A stretch of 64,000 nt of DNA from Octopus sinensis (lineage: Eukaryota): assembly GCF_006345805.1 (NCBI RefSeq), contig NC_043015.1, positions 24,428,001-24,492,000 on the forward strand. Direction: 5' to 3'. A program made the position numbers and the translations under genes. Below the pieces are notes generated by a model that had not been told where the DNA came from, ran no database searches, and worked only from the letters and a program-made list of their open reading frames with translations. The first letter of the stretch is position 1. The number at the start of each line of letters is the position of its first letter. Positions 24,725 to 36,240 of this stretch are shown here, piece by piece.

Positions 24725-25230
24725 TCTATATATATAAAACTCTAGTTGTGTGAGTATCTGTCCCCTTCGATTTAGATTCCTCACTCCTCCCACATTTTGC
24801 GGTGCAGTTTAACCAAATTCGGGTATCTTATAGTCGTGATTCATATCGAGCCCGTCTGACTATTAGCGCGCGTCAACGATGAGTCTACGATTTTAAAAAT
24901 AATTTAACATCATTTTTTATTCCATTTTAATGCATAAAATGCATCGTATGTCGATGGCGGCGGAGTTGGCGTCCACGCTCACAGCTGCACCTGTTTGCTT
25001 CTCCCCCTTCCCTCCCTCGTGAAGCTGTGGGGTAGGGAGTGTAAAGAAATCAACGTCGTAATGCGTTGTGAAGGAAACCAGCGTTCTTTTAGAACAACGA
25101 CTTCATGGCTTGAAGACACTAAAACAAAAATGGCTAAGAAAGCCCGAATTTATAAGGGAAGTAACTCTCTAAAAATGCTTATATAGTTATTTCCCTTACA
25201 AACCCGAGCAACGCCGGGCGATACTGCTAG
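24725..25230 (+). mobile_element. Non-autonomous Helitron, family H2, copy 1 of a head-to-tail dimer
   Basis: Starts A|TCTATATATATAAAAC and ends with hairpin CCCGAGCAACGCCGGG then CGATACTG-CTAG at 25227-25230. Confidence 0.9.
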
Positions 25231-25784
25231 TCTATATATATAAAACTGTAGTTGTGTGAGTGTCTGTCCCCTTCGATTTAGATTCCTAACTACTCCCACA
25301 TTTTGCGGTGCAGTTTAACCAAATTCGGGTATCTTATAGTCGTGATTCATATCAAGCCCGTCTGGGTATTAGCGCGTGTCTACGATGAGTCTACGATGAG
25401 TCTACGATGAGTCTACGATTTTAAAAATAATTTAACATCATTTTTTATTGCATTTTAATGCATATTTTTTCGTGTGTTGATGGCGGCGGAGTTGGCGTCC
25501 ATGCTCACATCTGCACCTGTGTTGCTTCTCCCCCTTCTTCCCTCCCTCGTGAAGCTGTGGGGAAGGGAGTGTAAGGAAATCAACGTCGTAAAGCGTTGTC
25601 AAGGAGACCAGCGTTCTTTTAGAACAACGACTTCATGGCTTGAAGACACTGAGTCAACGATTTAAAAAAAAAATTACCATCATTTTTTATTCCATTTTTA
25701 ATGCATTTTTTGCTATAACTCTCTAAAAATGCTTATATAGTTATTTCCCTTACAAACCCGAGCAACGCCGGGCGATACTGCTAG
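25231..25784 (+). mobile_element. Non-autonomous Helitron, family H2, copy 2
   Basis: Starts TCTATATATATAAAAC right after the CTAG of copy 1 and ends with the same hairpin and CTAG|T at 25781-25785. Confidence 0.9.
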
Positions 25785-26039
25785 TATATGATAAAACAAG
25801 TCACACTTTTTCAAATCAACTTCTTCAGTACAGCGTTCAGGTTTTATTCTCTCTTTGTTTCCTTCTTAAACATTTTCCTTTTGTCATTCCATCAAACTTT
25901 TTCTCTCTTTTTCCCCTCGCTATTTACTTTTTCTTTTTCTGTATTACTTTGCAGTATTAATACAACGACGCTGAGGAAATAGACTCAAAGATATGTGACG
26001 TGCTAAGAAAACTATGGAACGAGTCTAAGACGCTGATTC

Positions 26040-27080
26040 TTAGTAGAATAGGTATGTTCAGCATTCCAATTATATTTAGACCTTTCTCGAACTGTGGTTC
26101 CTTAATCCTATCGTAGTCGGTTGTCCTTTGTAGGTTGACATTGACCGTTGAGTTCAGAAATCGTCTCCGTTACGGTCACATGTGGGCTACAAAGTGTGCC
26201 CCTGATCTGCAGCAGCGATGACATCTGCTACAGGTAAAGCTTCTTGATGCCTATCACGTGCTCTTTGACTTCCTCTATGTTATTTCTCTTCAATGGTAAG
26301 AATTACGAGCATCAATGATCGGTGTCATTCATCGTACCGCAGGGCTTTCTCTACTCAGGTGTGCGGAAAGAAGTTCCTCAGCATGTCCGTGTATTACAAC
26401 CTCTGGCCACCACGGCTCCTCCTCTCCTGACAAAATTCAGATAGGAAACAGATTTTGGGAGCCTGCCGCCCTCCATCCTGCAAATATGTACCTCCCAGTG
26501 GAACTACGTGGAGGTGATGACGATCTACACACTAACTATGTCATCGCTGCACTGGACCTCTACATCAAGGAAGCAATCCCGCAAGACGGAGGGCAGATGA
26601 TGAAGTTGAAATCGCACCAGAGCCTTGACGAGCCTGCAGTAGAAGATCATAAATTCTATGATGTAGATGAGGAAAGGGAACACCGCAACACAGTACATCT
26701 TTATCTTCATGTTTCAGGCAATGTCATGGCAGCTCAAAAGACGCTTCTCGAGAGGTCCAGAAGTCCTTATGGCAAACTATATTCGCCTCTCAACTTCGAG
26801 ATCAGAGGAGTTAGTACAATCATTGCATCCTCAACAGTTCGTTGCGGATATTTTGTCCACCATTTCTAAGTACGTCTGAAAGTATACTATCCTGGCCTGG
26901 TGTTTTGCAGCTTGCGGTGGCTTTCAAAGCTTTTTCCATTCTTATGGTATTCTCATGGCAGAGGTAATCACGGCTCTTGTGCTGCGATGCTTACTGCAGT
27001 CAGGATAGGACTACTGTTGTGCTGATAATGTCTATTAAGGCTGCAGCACAAACCGATATCGATCCTCTCATCGCCAGGGT
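26040..27080 (-). pseudogene. Decayed, internally deleted RTE (BovB-like) LINE
   Basis: Minus strand gives MEKALKATASCKTPGQDSI..DVLRNGG (start of RT), then jumps to KIKMYCVAVFPFLIY..E...Y.R.VKALVRFQL, W.VHICRMEGGRLPK and a terminal FTCSRCHRCCRSGAHFVAHM zinc-finger remnant. Confidence 0.8.
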
Positions 27081-27245
27081 AAAAGAAGACTACTAAATAA
27101 CACCAATATACACACACACATACACATATATGAGGAATGGAAAAAATACATAGGTGTAGACGATCATTAATCCAAATCTAAGTTGGTACAAATCCAATGT
27201 AAACACAAGATGTTTCGGAGTCTAATTAATTCCAAAGACACCTAC

Positions 27246-27278
<33 letters not shown>

Positions 27279-27409
27279 GTATGTATGTATAAATATTTAT
27301 GCAAACATCACATAGACAGATGCATGGGTATATAAAGAGAGATGAATAGACAGATATTAAATGTATATATCTATATATAATGAGTATACTTCAGCACGTA
27401 CGGCTGCCC

Positions 27410-27640
27410 TCCACTGCATGTGTGTGTGTGTGTGACCCCACGCCCACCGTACATGCACACTGGCAAGCACGCACATACGCACACAAACTCGCTCAAGCAT
27501 GCACATACGCACGCATGCACACCCGAATCCGCTCATATACACACGCGCGCACATACGCACGCATGCACACGCGCATCCGCACATACACACACACAAGCAT
27601 CGACACTTGAATACCGCGCGCACAATCGTACACGCATCCA
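27410..27640. repeat. Degenerate purine-pyrimidine (CA/CG) repeat
   Basis: ACGCAC/ACACGC units seen directly. Confidence 0.85.
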
Positions 27641-28393
27641 CACAGAGACAAGAGGTCAGTGAATAAGACTGCAGATGTAATGTATTGTGTATGAATGGGC
27701 GGGAAAATGTAGAAAATGGTGGAGAAAATATTTGGGATGTTCAGTCTGAATAGTTTATTTAATGTTCGTGGTGGTGATGGTGATGATAGTGTTTGATTAA
27801 AACATTCTGTTACCAGACCTATATAAACAAATAACTTTAGAAGTTTCTTATTTCCTTTTAATGTCTGAGGAGCGAGGGAGGATGTGGAGCGCAAGATAAA
27901 TGTTGTTAGTAATTCGAGTCAAACATATCAAACCACATGCTCTTCGTTTGAAACCTGTTCATCGGCTCTTCGACCTTGTACGAAATGAAAACAAATCGAT
28001 CTGTTATGATTCATATTTTGTTAGAAAACTAATACATGGCCGGAATCGTTTGGAATCTTTTATTTTCGTTATAAGAAAACAATTTCTAAGTTTATGTCAA
28101 TAGAGAAGAGGCGAAGTATATCATGCGTGGAGTGAAGAAACTGGACCAAGACAACAGTTGACATGTGAAGGAAAGAATTTGGTATAACAATAACAACAGA
28201 AAATACAAAGAAATCTACTTCCAGAATGGAATGTTTTTAACATGAAATTGCATTGTAAAAATGATTTTGTGGGAAACAAAATGAAAATAGATTAATACAT
28301 AAAAAAGTGGAAAAGAAAAAGAAAAGAATATGTGAGAGATATATGCTGAAAGTGATTGCGGTTTTGTTAGAAATGAAAACAGCACCATAAATA

Positions 28394-28428
<35 letters not shown>

Positions 28429-28685
28429 TTATATGAAAGTGTCAACAATATTGGTGAAATTATTTCGAATCCGTAAACAAATCCAGGGTTACACATTCCT
28501 CATGTATTCTACCCTTAATTTTTTGAACTGTTGTATGTTATGTATAATTCCGTTCTTCCATTTATTGTATATCGGGTATACTTACAGTTTTCTTATCATT
28601 TTATTATATGTAAACCCCCACACTTTATGTCTATCATTGTATTATCCCCCTCATCCTTCGCCTTGGTGATAAATCTTCTTCTTCT

Positions 28686-28732
<47 letters not shown>

Positions 28733-28755
28733 TTATTATTATTATTATTATTATT

Positions 28756-28969
28756 AAGGCGACGAGCTGGCAGAATCTTTAGCACGCCGGGCGAAGTGCT
28801 TAGCAGTATCTCGTCTGCCGCTTCGTTTTGAGTTCAAATTCCCCGAGGTCTACTTTGCATTTCATCCTTTCGAGGTCGATAAAATAAGTACCAGCTGGAC
28901 ACTGGGGTCGATATAATCGACTTAACCTCTCCCCCAAAATTTCTGCCCTTGTGGAAAAATTAGAAATTA

Positions 28970-29000
<31 letters not shown>

Positions 29001-29197
29001 TATTATTGTCGTTATTATTATTATTACGCTACGTTCTGAGTTCAACTTCCGCCGAGGTCGACTTTGCTTTTCATCCTTTCGGGGTCGATAAATTAAGTAC
29101 CAGTGAAACACTGAGGTCGATGTAATCGACTACTTCCCTCCCCCACAAATATGAGGCCATATGCCTCCAGTAGAAAAGATTATTATTATTATTATTA

Positions 29198-29233
<36 letters not shown>

Positions 29234-29700
29234 TATTATTATTATTTTTATTAAAGGCGGCAAGCTGGCAGAATCGTTAGTGTACCGGGAAAAATTCCGG
29301 TATTTCGTCCGTCTCCACGTTCTGAGTTCAAATTCCGCCGATGATGACTTTGCCTTCCATCCCTCTGGGGGTCGATGAAATAAGTACAAGTCATATACTG
29401 GGGTTGGTGTGATCAACTAACCCCGCCCCCAAAATTTCACGCCTTGAGCGTTTAGAAGAAAGAACTATCATCATCATTGACATGGGTGTGGCAGAAAATA
29501 GTCGAGCGTCAGGGTAAAGGTCGAATGCCAATTTTGAAAGGCGGTGAGCTGGCAGAAGCGTTCCGAGTTCAAATTCCACCGAGGTCGATTTTGCCTTTTA
29601 TCCTTTTGGGGTAGATATATTAAGTACCAGTGAAACACTGATGTAATCGACAACACCCTTCCCCGCAAATTTAAAGGCATTGTGTCTTCAGTAGAATGGA
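28756..29700 (+). mobile_element. Cluster of four family-2 SINE copies, mostly separated by (ATT)n tracts (28756-28965, 29025-29178, 29254-29460, 29538-29700)
   Basis: Each copy has TTCTGAGTTCAA(A/C)TT...TT(T/C)CATCC.TT.GGGGT.GAT..A.TAAGTAC.AG. (ATT)n tracts lie before, between and after the copies, except between the last two. Confidence 0.9.
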
Positions 29701-30238
29701 TTATTATTATTATTATTATTATTATCATCATTATTATTATTATTATCATTATTATTTTTATCGAACAATTATTATTGAAGCCTAGAGGCATATCACCCTT
29801 CGTCAAAAGTATCTATCATCAAAGGCATTCTAACCGTGACCGTCTGGTTTTGGGGGATTTTTCTTTTTCAGATAGAATTAGCTGGTCGATTCTGCGACAT
29901 CTTCTAATGTTATTCACAGTGGCCTTCAAATTGTTTACTTTCTTCTAGGGCGGTAGAGTGATTTTAAATAAAATTTGGTTGCTATTTCTAGCATGTTAAT
30001 TCTCAAATTCCCATTCGTCACCTCGTCATTTTCTTCTTTCTTCGCAACAATGTATTAATTACATAACAGGTGAATTTCTGAGAGTTGAGGTTTCATTATT
30101 TTTTTTACTATATTTTTGTAAATATATTTTTTTCTTTAATTTATACTTAGCGATATTTCACTGCAATACAGAGTGAAGTAATCTTTCTATTGTTAAGCAG
30201 ACAAACATGATTAGTTTCTTCTTCTTCTTCTTCTTTAG

Positions 30239-30316
30239 GTGGGAACAACTTGTTACAGAAATCTATTTGAATTTTCTCAGAACATAATCAAAGATTTCTA
30301 TCGTGTTTACTTCATG
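30239..30316 (+). CDS. Candidate 78-nt phase-0 exon, VGTTCYRNLFEFSQNIIKDFYRVYFM
   Basis: Acceptor TTTCTTCTTCTTCTTCTTCTTTAG|G and donor ATG|GTTAGC. Only this frame is open. No homology evidence. Confidence 0.3.
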
Positions 30317-30676
30317 GTTAGCAAGTTGGCGAAACAATCTTTTTATCAACTAAAACGTCACATCAATTTTTTTTTCTAAAGAGAAAACATTTATTTATCA
30401 GATTATTTTCAAATATCTGCATGTGTGTGTGTATGTGTGTGTGTATGTATGTATGTGTGTGTGTGTGTGTGTATGTGTGTGTGCGCGCGCGCGCGTGTTT
30501 TGTGTGTATATACGGATTTAAGTGAGAATACATGTATGAAAATGTATGTCAATACGTTTCAATGTATGCATGTATTTATGTAAGAACGTATGTAAACGTA
30601 TGTATTTTTCTCTCTAAATCTAGCCTTTACAATTCAATAAGAGAAGTTTTTTAAGTTTTACACACATGCACACACA

Positions 30677-30732
<56 letters not shown>

Positions 30733-30865
30733 TCACAATAAAGTATATGTATATATCTATAAAAACAAGTATATATATATGTGTGTATGCATAAATATAT
30801 ATATATAAACGCATGTATACGTATCCATAAAAATACATGCACACATACATACATACATACATACA

Positions 30866-30930
<65 letters not shown>

Positions 30931-32049
30931 TTGATCTCTTTATGAAGTGTTTTGCAAGACATTTGCCTATGGTACAAAAAAACACGACAAGAAAAGACTA
31001 AAACACATTTCTCTGTTCTTTTTATGCGCTACATGATTTCTCAGTCGAAGACGACGGGTAAAGTTAGAAGTCTGATGACAATCTTATAAATAACTTCTTT
31101 CAGATGTCAACGTTTTTGGAAATTATAGTTAAAACAAGAAAAAAAGGAGAAAACTAATAATAAAAGTATGCGAAAACAGTTTTGAGACTATGAGAAAGAA
31201 ATATATGATGAATATTGTTTAGTTAATGTTAATGTTAATATATTCAATGCTTTTTGTTTAGAAGTGAGGAAAAGAAAAGCAAAAATATACAGTGAGGTGA
31301 AAAATCAAAAGCAAGCTTTAATGAGTATTAATCACTCTTTGTTTTGCTCTTTCGGTAAATATGGGGAATAAACCTTGACGTGTTTCGGTATTATTAGAAC
31401 TCTTCAATGTAGAAGGCGTTTCAATGTTAGAGAGTATGTAAAACAATAAGTAGGTGAATATACCATAAACTACGTATATAGTGGTCAATTATCTCACCAC
31501 TGTTATGGTAGAAAAATAGAGATAAATGTTCAAACATTAAATTAATTTTAGATGACAACTGTATTAAAAGAAGATTACGTCAGAGACCGTTGAAACAGAC
31601 GAGGATCATCGTGGTCAAAGCTTTTTCAACGATGTTCTGAGTTTGGATGAAGCAGGAGTTTACAAATATTTCACTAACTACCTTCAACCCCAACTATTTT
31701 ATGTAAATGAATTTTCCACCAGACACCTGGAATATGAAAGGTCTATCACGCGCGCGCGTATGTGTGTGTGCATGTGTGTGTTAGCATGTATCTACGTATT
31801 TACGTACGTATGTGTGTAGCCTCTATCGTAATATATTTTCGTCTTTCACGAAGCGTCGCCCATTGCTTGGAAATTTCTAATTTTAGATTATTTCACTTAA
31901 TTTCTACCTTCCTCACCACTCCCATTCAAGTTCAATGCAGCTCCACCCGCACCTCACAACTTCCTTATATCACAGCCAAAATAGGCGCATGATTGTTAAG
32001 ACTTTACTAAGTTATATCATATAAATACACACACATACGTATATATATT

Positions 32050-32114
<65 letters not shown>

Positions 32115-32770
32115 GGACGGACAGACGGATGGATGGATGCATGGATGGATGGATGGGTATTGCTACAATTTAAAACATGTTCTTCCCCCCACCCCTTCCC
32201 GAGGAAGTGTCAATTCTAAACGTTCAGATTCCTCTTCCGATCAAAATATATGAAAATCTCCAAACTCATGAGAAAATAAAATTAGTGTTAAACGTAAAAA
32301 CATTCTGCGTTGTATATTTAATATCACAGGAAATACATGGAAAGAAGAAACAAAAAGCAGATAATGTAAGGACAATTATATCTACTTTCGTTTCATATTC
32401 TACTGGAATTGTCTCGTAAAACGTTTTTACAGAAATCTTCTTACATCCTTTTGTCACCATGACCCTGTTATACCATACCATATTATTCTTCTGACATATT
32501 ATACCATGTTCTTCCTATAAGATATCCTTAATAAATTTATTGCCAGTTCGATTGAACATGGGCAAAAATGGTAGTCAATTTTCCTTCAAAATTACAAATT
32601 ATTGCCCTCCACCAAAAAGACAATAAATAAATACATGCATTTTAAATGTAAAAGAGTGTTCCAAGTGCGCAGTATCCATCCATCCATCCATCCATCCATC
32701 CATCCATCCATCCATCCATCCATGCATGCATGCATGCATGCATGCATGCATGCATACATACATACATACA

Positions 32771-32804
<34 letters not shown>

Positions 32805-32839
32805 CGTTATGTGTAGTCCTTCGTCGCGACTATGACTGC

Positions 32840-33345
32840 TCATGACCTTGGCATGACTTGATAAGCTTTCTCAATTCTGGTCGGTTTTTCGATTCAGTTT
32901 GCCATTTATTAAGCTCAATTCTTTTCCACTTCATATTCCTTTTTGTAATATCTTTGAATCTCAGTCTAAGTCTTCCATGGTTTCATTTTCCCTTGCATAG
33001 TTAGGAGTAAGGCAGTTGTCTGTGGAGGCTCTTGTTGTCCATCTTGCGTACATTGCCCAACCAACGTAAATTTCTATCCAAGAGGATTTCACATCACAGG
33101 CGGTAGGCCATCCCGCCGTAGTATCTCGTCATTCCTTATCTTGTCAAAGAGAATAATACTCCACATACGCCGGAGCTGTCTCATCATGTATTCATCTAAC
33201 TTCTCTACTTGAGCTTTATACACTGTCCCGTTTCTAGCTCCATTCAGCAGGGAAGAAAGCAATTTAGCCTGGTATACCTTACATTTGATACGTATAGAAA
33301 CATGTCTATTTTCCCACAGCTCTTCCCGCAACCTGCCAAATGAGG
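32840..33345 (-). pseudogene. RTE LINE 3' fragment
   Basis: SSFGRLREELWENRHVSIRIKCKVYQAKLLSSLLNG....VYKAQVEKLDEYMMRQLRR...DKIRNDEILRR is the C-terminal domain found after the RTE RT. Confidence 0.85.
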
Positions 33346-33620
33346 CGATAGCTCAGCATTTACATATACATGTACATACATACATCACATACATAAATAC
33401 ACATACACATGTATATATATTTATATCATCTGTGCGTTAAAAGGGCAATCAATGGTTTCATATATATGTGTATGTGTGTGTATATGTGTGTGTGTATATA
33501 TGTGTGTGTGTATGTGTGTTTGTGTGTGTATATGTTAGTTTACCAATTAAAAGCAGCACGAGTAATGTAAACAGTATTGGTTGCACATAATTTGAGCATG
33601 TGCATTGCTTATAAATCAAA

Positions 33621-34210
33621 TTTACTGCGGGATAGCATCCTGAGAAAGCATCTTACATAACACTGGGTATTACAGAAGACCAAATGTCCCAGACTAGGTG
33701 AGAGAATCTGCCTCGGATAGGAGAGATTGATAGCTATCGCTATTTCGCCATTATTGAGGTTTGTTAATACCCACGTACTCGGATCATTACAAAACAAATT
33801 GAACCTCTGGCCTGGAATTTACATGCAAATAAAGTGAAATCATTTTGCTTGTCATCCAAAGTGAATTGTCTCGCTTGGTCAGTGGCATTCTGTGATTTTT
33901 AAAACACAGCGTCCTGGAAGTTTTCCCATGACGCTATCCCGTACCAAGCGCGCATTTAGAGAAAACACGTACAACATTCAGTATATGCGAACGATAATGC
34001 TTACACTACTAGTGCTGCTGCCTTTAATTTATAATTTAATTTTCCTTCAGATGTGCTACGGCCCGAGCACATCAGTAAATAATGGCGAAATATCGGTATC
34101 TACCATAATCGGTCATCCGAGGCGCGTTGTCGCGTCTGGTCCGGGACATTCGAGTGTTCTTTACACTCGGCGTCGTGTAGGGAGCTTTCCCAGGACGATC
34201 CGGCAGCAAA
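33621..34210. repeat. Old diverged inverted repeat (33621-33782 / 34063-34210), MITE-like
   Basis: Shared blocks AATAATGGCGAAATA, TCCGAGGC, GGGACATT and GCTTT..CAGGA in opposite orientation. A third partial copy is near 33915-33945. Confidence 0.7.
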
Positions 34211-34309
34211 GAGGTGCTATCATCATACATACATACATAAATTAAACAAAATGAGAGAACAAAGCCAAGGCATTGTGAAATTTCTCGGGCATTTATAAAG
34301 AGAAAGATA

Positions 34310-34357
34310 GTCTTACAGCTGTTTCAGAGATATGAGAGATATCCCTTCATCAGAGAC
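34310..34357 (-). ncRNA. Minimal type I hammerhead ribozyme motif
   Basis: GUCU-CUGAUGA-AGGGAUAU(cucuc)AUAUCUCU-GAAA-CAGCUG-UA^AGAC: stem I GUCU/AGAC, 8-bp stem II, palindromic CAGCUG in place of stem III. Confidence 0.75.
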
Positions 34358-34805
34358 AATATGGGAGAGTTAAGCAGAAAGAAATAGTAGAGTTCAATAT
34401 AACAAGTTATTTTGGAAAGGGAGAGATATAGGAAGAATAAATGGAAATAAGAGAATAAATGTTAGAAGTTACAGTTGCAGTTCCATTATGCAAGAAAGTG
34501 TTACGTAGAATGGGTAGAAAGGCTTGTTGTCCATGGTATGTAGATTCCGACAGGAGTTCATATTTTGCTATTACAAATACTCTACACCCTATCCACTTCT
34601 AATAACAAAATATGAACTCCTATCGAAATCTACATACCATGGACAACAAGCCTTTCTACCCATTCTACACAACACTTTCCTCGGATAATGGAACTGCAAC
34701 TGTAACTTCCAACATTTTTATTCTCTTATTTCCCTTTAAACTTCCTATATCTCCCCCTTTCCAAATTGAACTCTACTATTTCCCTCTATTTAATTCTCTA
34801 ATATC

Positions 34806-34852
34806 GTGTCGGATGAAAGATATCCCTAATATCCTAGAAACAGCTTTAAGAC
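34806..34852 (+). ncRNA. Degraded hammerhead motif, opposite-arm partner of 34310-34357
   Basis: GUGU-CGGAUGA-...-GAAA-CAGCUU-UA-AGAC, with core U4 changed to G and weakened stems. Confidence 0.45.
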
Positions 34853-35061
34853 TACCTTTCTCTTTATAAACGTCCTATAAATTTCACACTGCTTCGGCTT
34901 TGTTGTCTCATATTATTTAACATATAGAGACGCTCACACACGACCCGCATGAAACTCCTCACTCATACTATTATCGATTAGGGAGTCTAACTACAGTCCT
35001 TCCGTATCACGTAGCTTTACCTGCCATTTTGGCTCTTCTAGATACCAAAACCTCACATATC

Positions 35062-35110
<49 letters not shown>

Positions 35111-35245
35111 GCGTATATATATATTTATATATGCGTATATATATATATACATATGCATATATAAATACATATACACATGCATACATACATACAGACAGAC
35201 AGACAGACAGACAGACAGATAGATAGATAGATAGATACACACACA

Positions 35246-35279
<34 letters not shown>

Positions 35280-35745
35280 TGTGTGTGAGAGAGAAAGAGA
35301 GGGGTTGGGAGGGAGAAAGAGGGAGAGAGAGGGGAGACTTCTCACAGCAAGAATAGATTTTAATCGCACATCGAAACAGCGCGCGGCCACTTGAAGCTAA
35401 ATAATAACGAAAGCAAGAACACAACTGCAGCAACAGTGTCTGTTTCTCTTTGTGATAAAAGTAATGTTCGCTGATGTCATCTTTCGCTCCTGTCCTGGGG
35501 ACATTTACCAACTGACACTGGAATGTGTCAGTTTTTTGACTGGCCAACCACCACGTTACAGATTCTGACACAACATACAGCAAAAGATGGCCTAAAGCAC
35601 AACTAAAAGACACACAGCATCACCAACACCAACATGTTACGATCATTGGCACTAACTGCAATAACTTACACACGCCAATACAAACACACTGCAATACTCG
35701 TATTTACAATGGACGAATAGGTGTCATCACCTTGTTTGTTGTTAC

Positions 35746-35787
35746 CACAACGTTTCGGCTGTTGTACTCTCCAGCGTTCATCAGGTG
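35746..35787 (-). ncRNA. Minimal type I hammerhead motif
   Basis: CAC-CUGAUGA-A-CGCUG(gagaguacaa)CAGCC-GAAA-CG-UU^GUG, with the first stem II pair broken (C-C). Confidence 0.6.
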
Positions 35788-35925
35788 TTCTGGTGGAATT
35801 TCGAACACAGCCCTAAGGTATGTTGCTGATGTTATTTTTCTCTTGATATCAGCAACATACCTTAGGAATGAGAAAAATGTACCCCATTAGTCAAATAAAG
35901 GGTTGGGTTAGAAATTCCAACAGAA

Positions 35926-35967
35926 CACCTGATGAAGGCTGGAGAGTACATCAGCCGAAATGTTGTG
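35926..35967 (+). ncRNA. Minimal type I hammerhead motif
   Basis: CAC-CUGAUGA-A-GGCUG(gagaguacau)CAGCC-GAAA-UG-UU^GUG, with stem II intact and the CG palindrome changed to UG. Confidence 0.65.
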
Positions 35968-36099
35968 ATAACAACAAAGAAGGTGAGGACAACTATTCGT
36001 CCATTGTAAATAATGTACATAATTCCTCATCTCAAAAATTTAGAATAGTACACCACAACACCTTGTGGCGTTTGCTCTAGCTCTTTACATTCCGATTTC

Positions 36100-36240
36100 A
36101 CATACCGTTGAGGTCAGCTAAACATTCTGTCTAACAGCCTCGATAAAATAAAGTACCATTTAAGTACGGGAGACGATGTAATCGACTATCCTTCGTCTTC
36201 CCAAGCTGCTGGCCTTGTGCTTCGATTAGGAACAAGCATA
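36100..36240 (+). mobile_element. SINE family 2 fragment
   Basis: CCGTTGAGGTCAGCT...GCCTCGATAAAATAAAGTACCA...CGATGTAATCGACT...TGCTGGCCTTGTGC. Confidence 0.6.

Larger units (their letters stand above)
34241..34920. mobile_element. Fold-back element with about 330-bp diverged arms (34241-34575 / 34598-34920), Penelope pseudo-LTR-like
   Basis: Arms are reverse complements, e.g. GTAGAAAGGCTTGTTGTCCATGGTATGTAGAT vs ATCTACATACCATGGACAACAAGCCTTTCTAC. Each arm carries a hammerhead motif. Confidence 0.85.
35699..36013. mobile_element. Fold-back element (arms about 35699-35812 / 35897-36013) with a perfect 19-bp inner hairpin, Penelope pseudo-LTR-like
   Basis: Arms are reverse complements. Inner stem CCTAAGGTATGTTGCTGAT (35812-35830) pairs with ATCAGCAACATACCTTAGG (35848-35866). 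Confidence 0.85.

Noticed and set aside
26315-26869. 184-aa plus-strand ORF
   Set aside because: It is antisense to a recognisable decayed RTE element and has no motif of its own.
33609-34245. Two inverted ORFs that align in frame (PST.V...NNGEI...PR...GH)
   Set aside because: Differences fall mostly at codon positions 1 and 2 and follow CpG decay rather than synonymous change, and the in-phase antisense frame has stops. Coding constraint is not supported.
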